Origin: Phenylobacterium sp. | GTDB lineage: Bacteria; Pseudomonadota; Alphaproteobacteria; Caulobacterales; Caulobacteraceae | Reading direction: 5' to 3' | Length of the DNA: 52,521 bases | Assembly: GCF_044372605.1 (NCBI RefSeq) | Contig: NZ_JBILRO010000001.1 | Location: 1 to 52,521 of the forward strand | Shown here: piece after piece, positions 9,915 to 17,008 of the stretch | Layout: every line of letters starts with the position of its first letter | Numbering within the stretch: the first letter of the stretch is position 1 | Position numbers and translations under genes: made by a program | The notes under the pieces: generated by a model | Seen by the model: only the letters and a program-made list of their open reading frames with translations | The model's database searches: none | Told to the model about the DNA's origin: nothing

Positions 9915-10691
9915 ATGGTTCGTTTCTCTAGGTTCGTCGTTCTAACTGGCGTTATTTCGATACTGGGCCTGTCGGCCGGCGCCTCTCAGGCCGCGGATGT
10001 CTATCAAGGCGTCCCGGGATTAGCGGCCTTCAATGCTGCGGCCGGCTCCCCGCCCATAGCGATCAGTTTCGACGCTCTGTCCGGAAACATTGCGGGCTCG
10101 ACCATTTCGGGTGTCACCTTCAGCAGCCCTGACGGAAATACGCTGAACGTCGTCAGCGGCGCATCGACCTTCACACCAGGTGGATTTGGCGGGGTGATCG
10201 ACGCTTCGACGAATTTCCTGGAACCCACGAGCGGCGGGTTCTTGCTGTCGCCTGGTGGCTCAGAGCTCGTTCCGGGGCCGGCGCTCGGCCAAAAGGATGG
10301 ACTGCAACTCGTCTTTGCGACACCGCTTCAGGCGTTCGGCCTCGATATTCTGCATCAGTCCTTCGATTGCTGTACGTTCGCAGACTATACGATCTTCAAT
10401 TCAGGCGGAGGGATCATCGCCAGCGGGGGTATAATTGGCGGATCCGGCGGCGGCGGTGCGCCCCACGGGTCGAGCTTCTTCGGTGTCTATTCGGCGGCCG
10501 GTGACATCAAGCGCATCGTCTTCAACGATACCGACGACAACGGCGAGTTCCCCGACGCTAACCTTGGGTACGACAGCTTCCGTTTCGGGGCCGCTGTTCC
10601 GGAGCCTGCGACCTGGGCCATGATGATTGTGGGTTTTGGATTTGCAGGCGGGGCTCTGCGTCGCCGTCGCATCCTGGCCCTAGGCGCCTAG
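9915..10691 (+). CDS. PEPxxWA-CTERM exosortase-sorted surface protein
   Basis: Signal peptide (...GASQA), Gly/Ser-rich body, C-terminal VPEPATWAMMIVGFGFAGGALRRRR. Start could also be 9906. Confidence 0.9.
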   Translation: MVRFSRFVVLTGVISILGLSAGASQAADVYQGVPGLAAFNAAAGSPPIAISFDALSGNIAGSTISGVTFSSPDGNTLNVVSGASTFTPGGFGGVIDASTNFLEPTSGGFLLSPGGSELVPGPALGQKDGLQLVFATPLQAFGLDILHQSFDCCTFADYTIFNSGGGIIASGGIIGGSGGGGAPHGSSFFGVYSAAGDIKRIVFNDTDDNGEFPDANLGYDSFRFGAAVPEPATWAMMIVGFGFAGGALRRRRILALGA

Positions 10692-10708
10692 ACCCCCACG
10701 TGGGGGTC
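10691..10708. terminator. Perfect palindrome GACCCCC-ACGT-GGGGGTC, possible terminator or 3' stabilising hairpin
   Basis: Lies at the PEP-CTERM stop. No long U-tract follows. Confidence 0.35.
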
Positions 10709-10728
10709 CGCCTCTCCACCCGTGGAGC

Positions 10729-10841
10729 CTGGAACACGACAGCTTGAAGCGGATACCGGTTCAAGCGTCGCGCTCTAAACATTTGATAGCGAGCCTGTTT
10801 ATCCGGTTTAGATGATTTCATCTGAACCGGACAGGCTCTAA
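10729..10841 (-). repeat. CIR-like bipartite palindromic intergenic repeat (copy B)
   Basis: Minus strand: TTAGAGCCTGT-CCGGTTCAGATGAAATCATCTAAACCGG-ATAA-ACAGGCTC, linker ...TCAAATGTTTAGAGCG, second hairpin with an AACCGGTATCCGCTT core. Same architecture as 12988-13105. Confidence 0.7.
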
Positions 10842-10901
10842 CGCCGCTTGCCCTTCCCTTCGCTGCCGTTCAAAACCGGCGTGAGAGCGGGAGAACGCGA
10901 C

Positions 10902-11717
10902 GTGGCCGACGATTATCAGATGCCCACCGGTAACCTGATGAAGGGCAAGCGCGGGGTTGTGACCGGCGTGGCCAACCACCAGTCCATCGCCTGGGGGATC
11001 GCCAGCCAGCTGGCCGCCCAGGGCGCGGAAATCGCCTTCCTGCACCTGCCGGGTATGGAGCGCCGCGTACAGCCCCTGGCCGACAGCATCGGCGTAAAGG
11101 TGCTGGCCCCTGTCGATGTCACGGATGACGCGGCCATGGACGCCGCATTCGACGTGGTGAAACAGGCGTTCGGCGAGATCGACTTCTTCGTCCACGCCAT
11201 CGCCTTCGCCAACAAGGACGAGCTGAAGGGCAGCTTCGTCGACAATACGACGCGCGACGGTTTTCTGCGGGCGATGAATATCTCGGCGTTCAGTTTTGTG
11301 GATTGCGCCCGACGCGCCGCCGAGCTGATGCCGGCGACCGGCGGCTCCATCCTGACGCTCACCTACATGGGCTCGGAGCGGGCGATCCCGAACTACAACA
11401 CCATGGGTGTCGCCAAGGCGGCGCTGGAGGCGGCGGTGCGCTATGCCGCCCGCGACCTCGGACCCAGGGGTATTCGCGTCAACGCGCTCTCACCCGGTGC
11501 CATGAAGACGCTGTCGCTGGCGGGTATCTCCGGCGGACGCGGCATGCTGGCCAAGGGTCGTTCGCTCTCGGCCATGAAGGAAGACACCTCCATGGAGGGC
11601 GTGGCCGGGGCGGCGTTGTGGCTGCTGTCTGACCTCGGCAAGTCCACCACCGGCGAGGTCATCCATGTGGACGCCGGCTTCCACATCATGGGCTTCTCCG
11701 AAGATGAGGCCGAATAG
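10902..11717 (+). CDS. fabI: Enoyl-ACP reductase
   Basis: GVANHQSIAWGIA, HAIAFA, catalytic YNTMGVAKAALE, TGEVIHVDAG. GTG start after GGAGA. Confidence 0.95.
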   Translation: MADDYQMPTGNLMKGKRGVVTGVANHQSIAWGIASQLAAQGAEIAFLHLPGMERRVQPLADSIGVKVLAPVDVTDDAAMDAAFDVVKQAFGEIDFFVHAIAFANKDELKGSFVDNTTRDGFLRAMNISAFSFVDCARRAAELMPATGGSILTLTYMGSERAIPNYNTMGVAKAALEAAVRYAARDLGPRGIRVNALSPGAMKTLSLAGISGGRGMLAKGRSLSAMKEDTSMEGVAGAALWLLSDLGKSTTGEVIHVDAGFHIMGFSEDEAE

Positions 11718-11729
11718 GCGGATCGCAAG

Positions 11730-12983
11730 ATGACGGGCTCAGCCCAACCGGATGTGATCATCGCCGGCGCCGGGATCGCCGGGTCGACGTTGGCGCTGGC
11801 GCTGGCCCAGGCGGGGCTGCGTCCCGTGCTGATCGACCCGGTGCCTTTCGACGACCAGATCGCCCCCACGTTCGACGGTCGTGCGTCAGCCGTTGCCTAC
11901 TCCGCGTTTCGGCAATGGCGAGCACTGGGCCTGGCCGAGGCGCTGGAACCCCATGCCCAGCGGATCGAACAGATTCTGGTGACCGATGGCCGGACGCCGG
12001 GCGCGTCTGCAGGGGCGCCAACCCCTTTCTTTCTGCGCTTCGACTCCGCCGAGATCGCGGATCGGTCCGAGGGGGAGCCGCTGGGCTATCTGCTGGAGAA
12101 CCGCCATATCCGCGCGGTGCTGGCTGGCGCCGTAAAACGCGCCGGGATCGAGGTGATGGCGCCGGCCCGCGTGATCCGGGCAGACGTCAGCGCCCGTGAG
12201 TCTACGGTGACCCTGCACGACGGTCGGGTTTTATCCGCGCCGCTTGTGGTCGGCGCTGAGGGGCGCGGATCGGTGATCCGCTCCGCCGCAGGGATTGGCG
12301 CCGTCGGCTGGGACTATCCGCAGACCGGCGTGGTGGTGACCGTACGGATGGAACGGCCCCATGGCGGCGTGGCGCACGAGTATTTCCTGCCCGGTGGCCC
12401 GTTCGCAATCCTGCCGTTGACCGACAATCGGGCCAGCCTGGTCTGGACCGAGAGCAGCGCACGGGGCGAGGCGCTGAAGGCCGCCCGACCCGAAGTTTTC
12501 GAGGCTCATCTGGCGCGGCGGTTCGGTGAGTTCCTGGGCGAACTTACAGTCGAGGGCCCGATCTTCACCTATCCGCTCAGCCTGCAGCTGGCCGAGCGCT
12601 TCGTGGCCCCGCGCGTCGCCCTGCTGGGGGATTCGGCCCACGGCATCCACCCCATCGCCGGCCAGGGCCTGAACCTGGGGCTGAAGGGCGCCGCCGCACT
12701 GGCCGAGGTGCTGGTCGACGCCATTCGGTTGGGCGAGGACATCGGCTCGGAGGTGGTGCTGGCGCGCTATGCCGCCTGGCGCACCTTCGACACCGTTACC
12801 CTCGCGGTGGGTACGGATCTGTTCGTACGCCTGTTTTCCAATGACAATCCGCTGCTCCGGTTGGTCCGGGGCGTGGGCATGGCGGCGGTGAACCGGATCG
12901 CGCCGGCCCGGAAGTTTTTCATGCAGGAGGCCGGTGGCGCAGTTGGAGATTTGCCGAGGCTGCTGCGCGGCGAGGCGCTGTAG
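11730..12983 (+). CDS. UbiH/UbiL/COQ6-family FAD-dependent ubiquinone-biosynthesis hydroxylase
   Basis: GAGIAG, DGRASA, GPFAILPL, GDSAHGIHPIAGQGLNLG, RLFSND. Confidence 0.9.
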   Translation: MTGSAQPDVIIAGAGIAGSTLALALAQAGLRPVLIDPVPFDDQIAPTFDGRASAVAYSAFRQWRALGLAEALEPHAQRIEQILVTDGRTPGASAGAPTPFFLRFDSAEIADRSEGEPLGYLLENRHIRAVLAGAVKRAGIEVMAPARVIRADVSARESTVTLHDGRVLSAPLVVGAEGRGSVIRSAAGIGAVGWDYPQTGVVVTVRMERPHGGVAHEYFLPGGPFAILPLTDNRASLVWTESSARGEALKAARPEVFEAHLARRFGEFLGELTVEGPIFTYPLSLQLAERFVAPRVALLGDSAHGIHPIAGQGLNLGLKGAAALAEVLVDAIRLGEDIGSEVVLARYAAWRTFDTVTLAVGTDLFVRLFSNDNPLLRLVRGVGMAAVNRIAPARKFFMQEAGGAVGDLPRLLRGEAL

Positions 12984-12987
12984 GCGC

Positions 12988-13105
12988 TAGATCACGTCGA
13001 GACTGGATTGAATCAATCCATTCTCGAAAACCGTGATCGCCCTCATTTGTTTAGAGCGGGTTGCGGGCGGAAAACCGGTTCCCACTTTTCCTCAACCCGC
13101 CCCAG
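12988..13105 (+). repeat. CIR-like bipartite palindromic intergenic repeat with a central GANTC (copy A)
   Basis: TAGATCACG-TCGAGA.TGGATT-GAATC-AATCCA.TCTCGA-..CGTGATC hairpin with GAATC at 13010-13014, linker TGTTTAGAGCG, then GCGGGTTG...GGAAAACCGGTTCCCACTTTTCC..CAACCCGC. Lies between convergent genes. Confidence 0.8.
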
Positions 13106-13107
13106 GG

Positions 13108-13308
13108 CTATTCCCCTTCGCCCAGATCGCGGGCGTCTTCCGGGAGCATGATCGGCACGCCGTCACGGATCGGATAGGCCAGCCGCGCCTTGGCGCTGAC
13201 AAGCTCGGCCCTTTCGCGATCATAGGTCAGAGGTCCCCGGCTGACCGGGCAGATCAGGATTTCCAGAAGTCGGGGGTCGACCTCTACGTTTGTCTCGGGG
13301 GTGCTCAT
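13108..13308 (-). CDS. Trm112/YcaR family protein
   Basis: [33 protein letters not shown]. Confidence 0.92.
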   Translation of the reverse strand: MSTPETNVEVDPRLLEILICPVSRGPLTYDRERAELVSAKARLAYPIRDGVPIMLPEDARDLGEGE

Positions 13309-13317
13309 TGCTGACCC

Positions 13318-13977
13318 TTACTGCAGGCGTGGCGGCTCGTCATCCGGATCTCCGGCGTCGATCTCCAGCAGCGTCGTCAGGATCTCGAACCGACCCGCCA
13401 GATCGGGGGTCTCCAGGAAAGCCTGCTTCTCGGCGGGCTCAAAGGGCAGGCCCATGCAGAGGCTGTTGACCAGGGCCTCCAGCGGCGCCTCCTGGGCGCT
13501 CTCCCAATCGATGTCGAGTTGTCGAAGGTTGAGGTAGCGCTTCAGGGCGCGGGCGAACCGGGCGCGGGCCGGTGCGGGCGCCTCCAGGTCTTCGTCCTGG
13601 CCGAGATCTCCACCAAACCGCGTGTAGCGGGCGCGCAACTGTCGGTAAGGCAACCGCAGATCAAGCTCCTCGCCGGCCTCGAAACGGCAAACCCCGGTGA
13701 GCGTGATCAGATAGCGACCGTCCGAGGTCTCGTTGTAGCTGGTGATCCGGCCGACGCAGCCGACATCGGCCAGCTTTGGCCGCTCCCGGTCGCCGCCCTG
13801 GCGGGTCTGGATCATGCCGATCACCCGATCGCCGGCCATGACATCGTCGATCATGTTGAGATAACGCGGCTCGAAAATCTGCAACGGCAGTTCGCCGCCG
13901 GGCAACAGCAACGCGCCGTCCAGGGGAAACACCGGGATCAGCTGGGGCAGATCGGCGGTTTGACGGTAGGGAGCCAT
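13318..13977 (-). CDS. Stand-alone LON peptidase substrate-binding domain protein
   Basis: IPVFPL.GALLLP..LPLQIFEPRYLNMI, GCVGRI, DGRYLITLTGVCRF, EKQAFLE. Confidence 0.9.
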   Translation of the reverse strand: MAPYRQTADLPQLIPVFPLDGALLLPGGELPLQIFEPRYLNMIDDVMAGDRVIGMIQTRQGGDRERPKLADVGCVGRITSYNETSDGRYLITLTGVCRFEAGEELDLRLPYRQLRARYTRFGGDLGQDEDLEAPAPARARFARALKRYLNLRQLDIDWESAQEAPLEALVNSLCMGLPFEPAEKQAFLETPDLAGRFEILTTLLEIDAGDPDDEPPRLQ

Positions 13978-13985
13978 GGCGACCT

Positions 13986-14888
13986 TCAACTGAACAGGAT
14001 GGCGGAGAGTTTGCGCCGCCCCTGTTTGGCGACATCGGACATTTGCCCGGCGGCCTCAAAGACAACAAGGAGCTGTTTACGGGCCGCTTCGTCGTTCCAG
14101 TCGCGGTCGCGCCGGATGATCTCGATCAGCTGGTCCACCGCCTCGGTCATGTAGCCCGCACCAGCCAGAGCCTTGGCCAGTTCCAGTCGCGCCTCGTGGT
14201 CGTCGGCGTCGACCGCCAGACGCTGCTCGAACGCTGCGGTCTCGGAGGGCGCCTCTGCCGCCAGGGCCAGCGCCGCCCGAACGCTGGCGATGTCCGGATC
14301 CTTCGCATCCGGCGGGGCCAGCGCCAGCACCTCGGCGGCGCGCTCCAGATCGCCGGCCTGCTGATAGAGCCGGGCCATACCACCGATGGCCTTAACGTTG
14401 GCAGGATCCATCTGCAGCACCTGGGCATAGGCCTGAGCGGCGCCGCCCGGATCACCCAGCTCCAGCGACTCCCGCGCCATTTCCAGCAGCTGGTCAGCCG
14501 GCGAAGCGCCGCCGCGCCCCAGCTTGGCGATCCTGTCCACGAACGCCTTTACCTGGCTCTCGGGCAAGGCGCCCGAGAAGGTGTCCACCGGGCGGCCGTC
14601 AACAAAGGCGAACACAGCAGGTATCGACTGTACCCGAAGCTGGCCCGCGTAGGCCGGGTTCTTGTCGATATCCACCTTGACCAGCTTCACCTTGCCCTTG
14701 GCCGCAGTCACCGCCTTTTCAAGCGCCGGGCCCAGCTGGCGGCAAGGGCCACACCAGGTCGCCCAGAAATCCACGATGACCGGCGTCGTCTTCGACGCCT
14801 CGACCACATCGGCCATGAAGGTGGCGTCGGTGGCGTCCTTGATGAGGTCGGCGACGGATGCGCCGTGTGTTTCGCCGATCAGGGTCAT
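13986..14888 (-). CDS. cnoX: Thioredoxin-TPR chaperedoxin (CnoX/YbbN)
   Basis: Thioredoxin motif DFWATWCGPC followed by TPR helices and a C-terminal GRRKLSAILFS. Confidence 0.9.
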   Translation of the reverse strand: MTLIGETHGASVADLIKDATDATFMADVVEASKTTPVIVDFWATWCGPCRQLGPALEKAVTAAKGKVKLVKVDIDKNPAYAGQLRVQSIPAVFAFVDGRPVDTFSGALPESQVKAFVDRIAKLGRGGASPADQLLEMARESLELGDPGGAAQAYAQVLQMDPANVKAIGGMARLYQQAGDLERAAEVLALAPPDAKDPDIASVRAALALAAEAPSETAAFEQRLAVDADDHEARLELAKALAGAGYMTEAVDQLIEIIRRDRDWNDEAARKQLLVVFEAAGQMSDVAKQGRRKLSAILFS

Positions 14889-14934
14889 GGCCTGAATAGT
14901 CCTCTTCCTGACCCGTGCGGGTCGCTTTCACGCA

Positions 14935-14963
14935 ACATGGCCATAGCGGCCGCCAGCTTCAAT
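14935..14963 (-). promoter_or_regulatory. Candidate sigma32 (RpoH) promoter for cnoX-lonN-trm112
   Basis: Minus strand ATTGAA-N16-GCCATGT resembles the alphaproteobacterial RpoH consensus CTTGAA-N15/16-CCTATNT; it precedes a heat-shock chaperone gene. Confidence 0.45.
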
Positions 14964-15477
14964 CCTGACGCATCGGGACCACTGTCATTGTGACGAAATC
15001 CACGATTGTCGGCGTGACCCCAAGGGCTGCGAGAAACCGTCTAAAGCCTTCGCCGCTGACTGTCGTCGTCGCGGTATTGATCAGGGGATGAAAATTCACG
15101 AGATCGGCCTGGGCCAGGGTCCGGTCGAGAACGAACCTGACTCGATGATCCACATCGTTGATCAGGCCAAACGCCGTCACGGATCCCGGGGTCACCCCCA
15201 GGGTCTCCGCCATCAGTTCCGGCTTGCCGAACGAGAGCCGCCCGGAGCCGATGATGCGGTGCAGGTTCTTCAGATCTATGGTGGCATGGCCTTCCGCCGA
15301 AACCAGCCAGAGCTGACCTCGGTCGTCCTTCAGGAACAGATTTTTGGTGTGGACCCCCGGAAGCGACGCCTTGATATCCTCGCCATCGCCCACCGTGAAG
15401 ACGGCGGGATGATCCAGGCTCGTGGCCGCTATGCCCTGTTCAGCCAGGTAGCGCATGAGATCTTCACGGGTCTTCAT
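14959..15477 (-). CDS. YbaK/ProX (PrdX) aminoacyl-tRNA editing deacylase
   Basis: [44 protein letters not shown]. Confidence 0.9.
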   Translation of the reverse strand: MKTREDLMRYLAEQGIAATSLDHPAVFTVGDGEDIKASLPGVHTKNLFLKDDRGQLWLVSAEGHATIDLKNLHRIIGSGRLSFGKPELMAETLGVTPGSVTAFGLINDVDHRVRFVLDRTLAQADLVNFHPLINTATTTVSGEGFRRFLAALGVTPTIVDFVTMTVVPMRQD

Positions 15478-15541
15478 GAGGCGCATTCATAGCCGAACCA
15501 CATGAGGCCGCCAGCTATGGCGGCCTTCTGGACGCATGATA

Positions 15542-15577
15542 CAAAAACGCCGCCGCCAGGCCCCTGGCGGCGGCGTC
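15542..15577 (-). terminator. Rho-independent terminator
   Basis: Minus strand ACGCCGCCGCCAGG-ggg..-CCTGGCGGCGGCGT long GC stem followed by TTTTTGT. Confidence 0.75.
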
Positions 15578-15700
15578 TGGTGGACGGTGTCCAGGTTGGG
15601 CGGCTACGAGTGACCCGCGTGGGCGGAGCCGCGCGCCGCCTGACGCTTTAGGCTAGGGAAGGAACCGGGTTGCGATCTCACTTGTGGTTGGGGCCTTTCT
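15542..15700 (-). ncRNA. Candidate small RNA (or 25-codon sORF 15604-15681) ending at the terminator
   Basis: The terminator has no annotated upstream gene on this strand. The region carries a CU-rich UUCCUUCCCUAG segment and a GGCGGC...GCCGCC helix. 5' end unknown. Confidence 0.4.
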
Positions 15701-15777
15701 TGTTTCTGGGGCGGGTCAACGGTTTCCAATTCCCGTCGTCTGGCCTTATGGCTCGGTATCGTTGATCGGGAGTCCGC

Positions 15778-16536
15778 ATGACCCAGCCGCGCATGGAGCT
15801 TGAGTGCTTCCCTACCACCGAGCGCCCGCCGGAAATCGTGCCCGGTCGGCCGCAGCGGGCATGGATGGACAGCTTCACCTCGCGCCACCCCTATCGTTGC
15901 CTGCCGCTGAACATGGCCAATTCGTCGGGCTGGGAGATTCTCTGCCCCGTGGCCTTCACCGCCGAATGGAATGGCGGGCTGATGCAGGCGGACATCACCT
16001 TGAAGCCTGACTATCCCAACCCGGACTTCCACCGCCTGGCGACCAGCCACTTCAGCCATGGCGTGCTGACGATGCACCCAGGCTATCTGTTCCGCACGCC
16101 GCCCGGCTGGTCGATGATGGCCATGGGCCCGCCCAACCAGCCCAAGGACGGCATCCAGGCGCTGGCCGGGGTGGTGGAAACCGACTGGCTGCCATTTCCC
16201 TTCACGATGAACTGGCTGTTCACCCGGCCTGGTCGCGTGCGTTTCGAAAAGGGCGAACCCTTCTGTTTCATCACCCTGGTGCAGGACAAGATGCTGCACG
16301 ACATTCAGCCCGTCATTCGCCGCATGGATTCCGACCCTGAGCTGCGCCACCAGTATGATGTCTGGGAAAAGCACCGCTCGGAGTTCAACCAGAAGATCTT
16401 CCGGGGCGACCCCGAGGCCACCAAGGCCGCCTGGCAACGCTACTACTTCAAGGGTGAGTTCCCGGAAGAGGTCGACGCCCCCAACCCCGAGGGCCACGTG
16501 AACAAGCGCAAATTGAAGACCCCGAAACGCGGCTGA
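15778..16536 (+). CDS. Conserved hypothetical protein, DUF6065-like
   Basis: R.WMD...YRCLPL.MAN..GWEILCP, SHF.HGVLT, GPPN.PKDG, GVVETDW.PFPFTMNW, KGEPFC motifs, recognised from memory. Confidence 0.7.
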   Translation: MTQPRMELECFPTTERPPEIVPGRPQRAWMDSFTSRHPYRCLPLNMANSSGWEILCPVAFTAEWNGGLMQADITLKPDYPNPDFHRLATSHFSHGVLTMHPGYLFRTPPGWSMMAMGPPNQPKDGIQALAGVVETDWLPFPFTMNWLFTRPGRVRFEKGEPFCFITLVQDKMLHDIQPVIRRMDSDPELRHQYDVWEKHRSEFNQKIFRGDPEATKAAWQRYYFKGEFPEEVDAPNPEGHVNKRKLKTPKRG

Positions 16537-16557
16537 CGGATTGGGGCCGCGCCCGGC

Positions 16558-16586
16558 TTGCCAAGCGCGAGGGCCTCTGCCATATA
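16558..16586 (+). promoter_or_regulatory. Candidate sigma70 promoter of tRNA-Gly
   Basis: TTGCCA-N17-CATATA followed by a GC-rich discriminator, about 40 nt upstream of the tRNA. Confidence 0.5.
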
Positions 16587-16627
16587 GCCGCCTCTCGCAT
16601 TTGGGGGTCGATTTCCCCCTACGGAGC

Positions 16628-16702
16628 GCGGGCGTAGCTCAGTGGTAGAGCACAACCTTGCCAAGGTTGGGGTCGAGAGTTCGAATCTCTTCGCCCGCTC
16701 CA
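16628..16702 (+). tRNA. tRNA-Gly (GCC)
   Basis: GCGGGCG/CGCCCGC acceptor stem, D-arm AGCTCAGTGGTAGAGC, anticodon arm AACCTT-GCC-AAGGTT, T-loop GTTCGAATC, encoded CCA; 75 nt. Confidence 0.98.
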
Positions 16703-17008
16703 ATATGTCCAGAACACCGAGATGTGTTTTCCGCCTCAGGCGCCGGTTCAGAACCGGCTGCTGGGGGTCAGGCTGGCGGTGTGATCCACCCGGTCGCGAC
16801 CGGTACGCACCACCTAAGGATTGAGATAGGCAGGTTCCCCTGTCAGGCAGGGGCCAACAGGGATCGAGACGTCGACGAAGTTTCGCCAGACGTTCACGCC
16901 GGTCTTCTGGCGCCAGCCGGTTGGGTTCAGACCGGTAAAGGGCTTGCTCCAGGCGGCGCTTGCCGGGGGCTCTTTTGCACCGACACCGGGAGATCGACGC
17001 CCTCCCGA

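Noticed and set aside
13033-13314. 93-aa ORF starting MIALICLERVAGGKPVPTF
   Set aside because: It is the translation of the CIR-like repeat running antisense into trm112.
16814-17008. Stop-free minus-strand frame after the receptor stop (...VNVWRNFVDVSIPVGPC...), possible gene remnant or read-through
   Set aside because: No convincing SD or family motif; cannot be called a pseudogene without a homology search.
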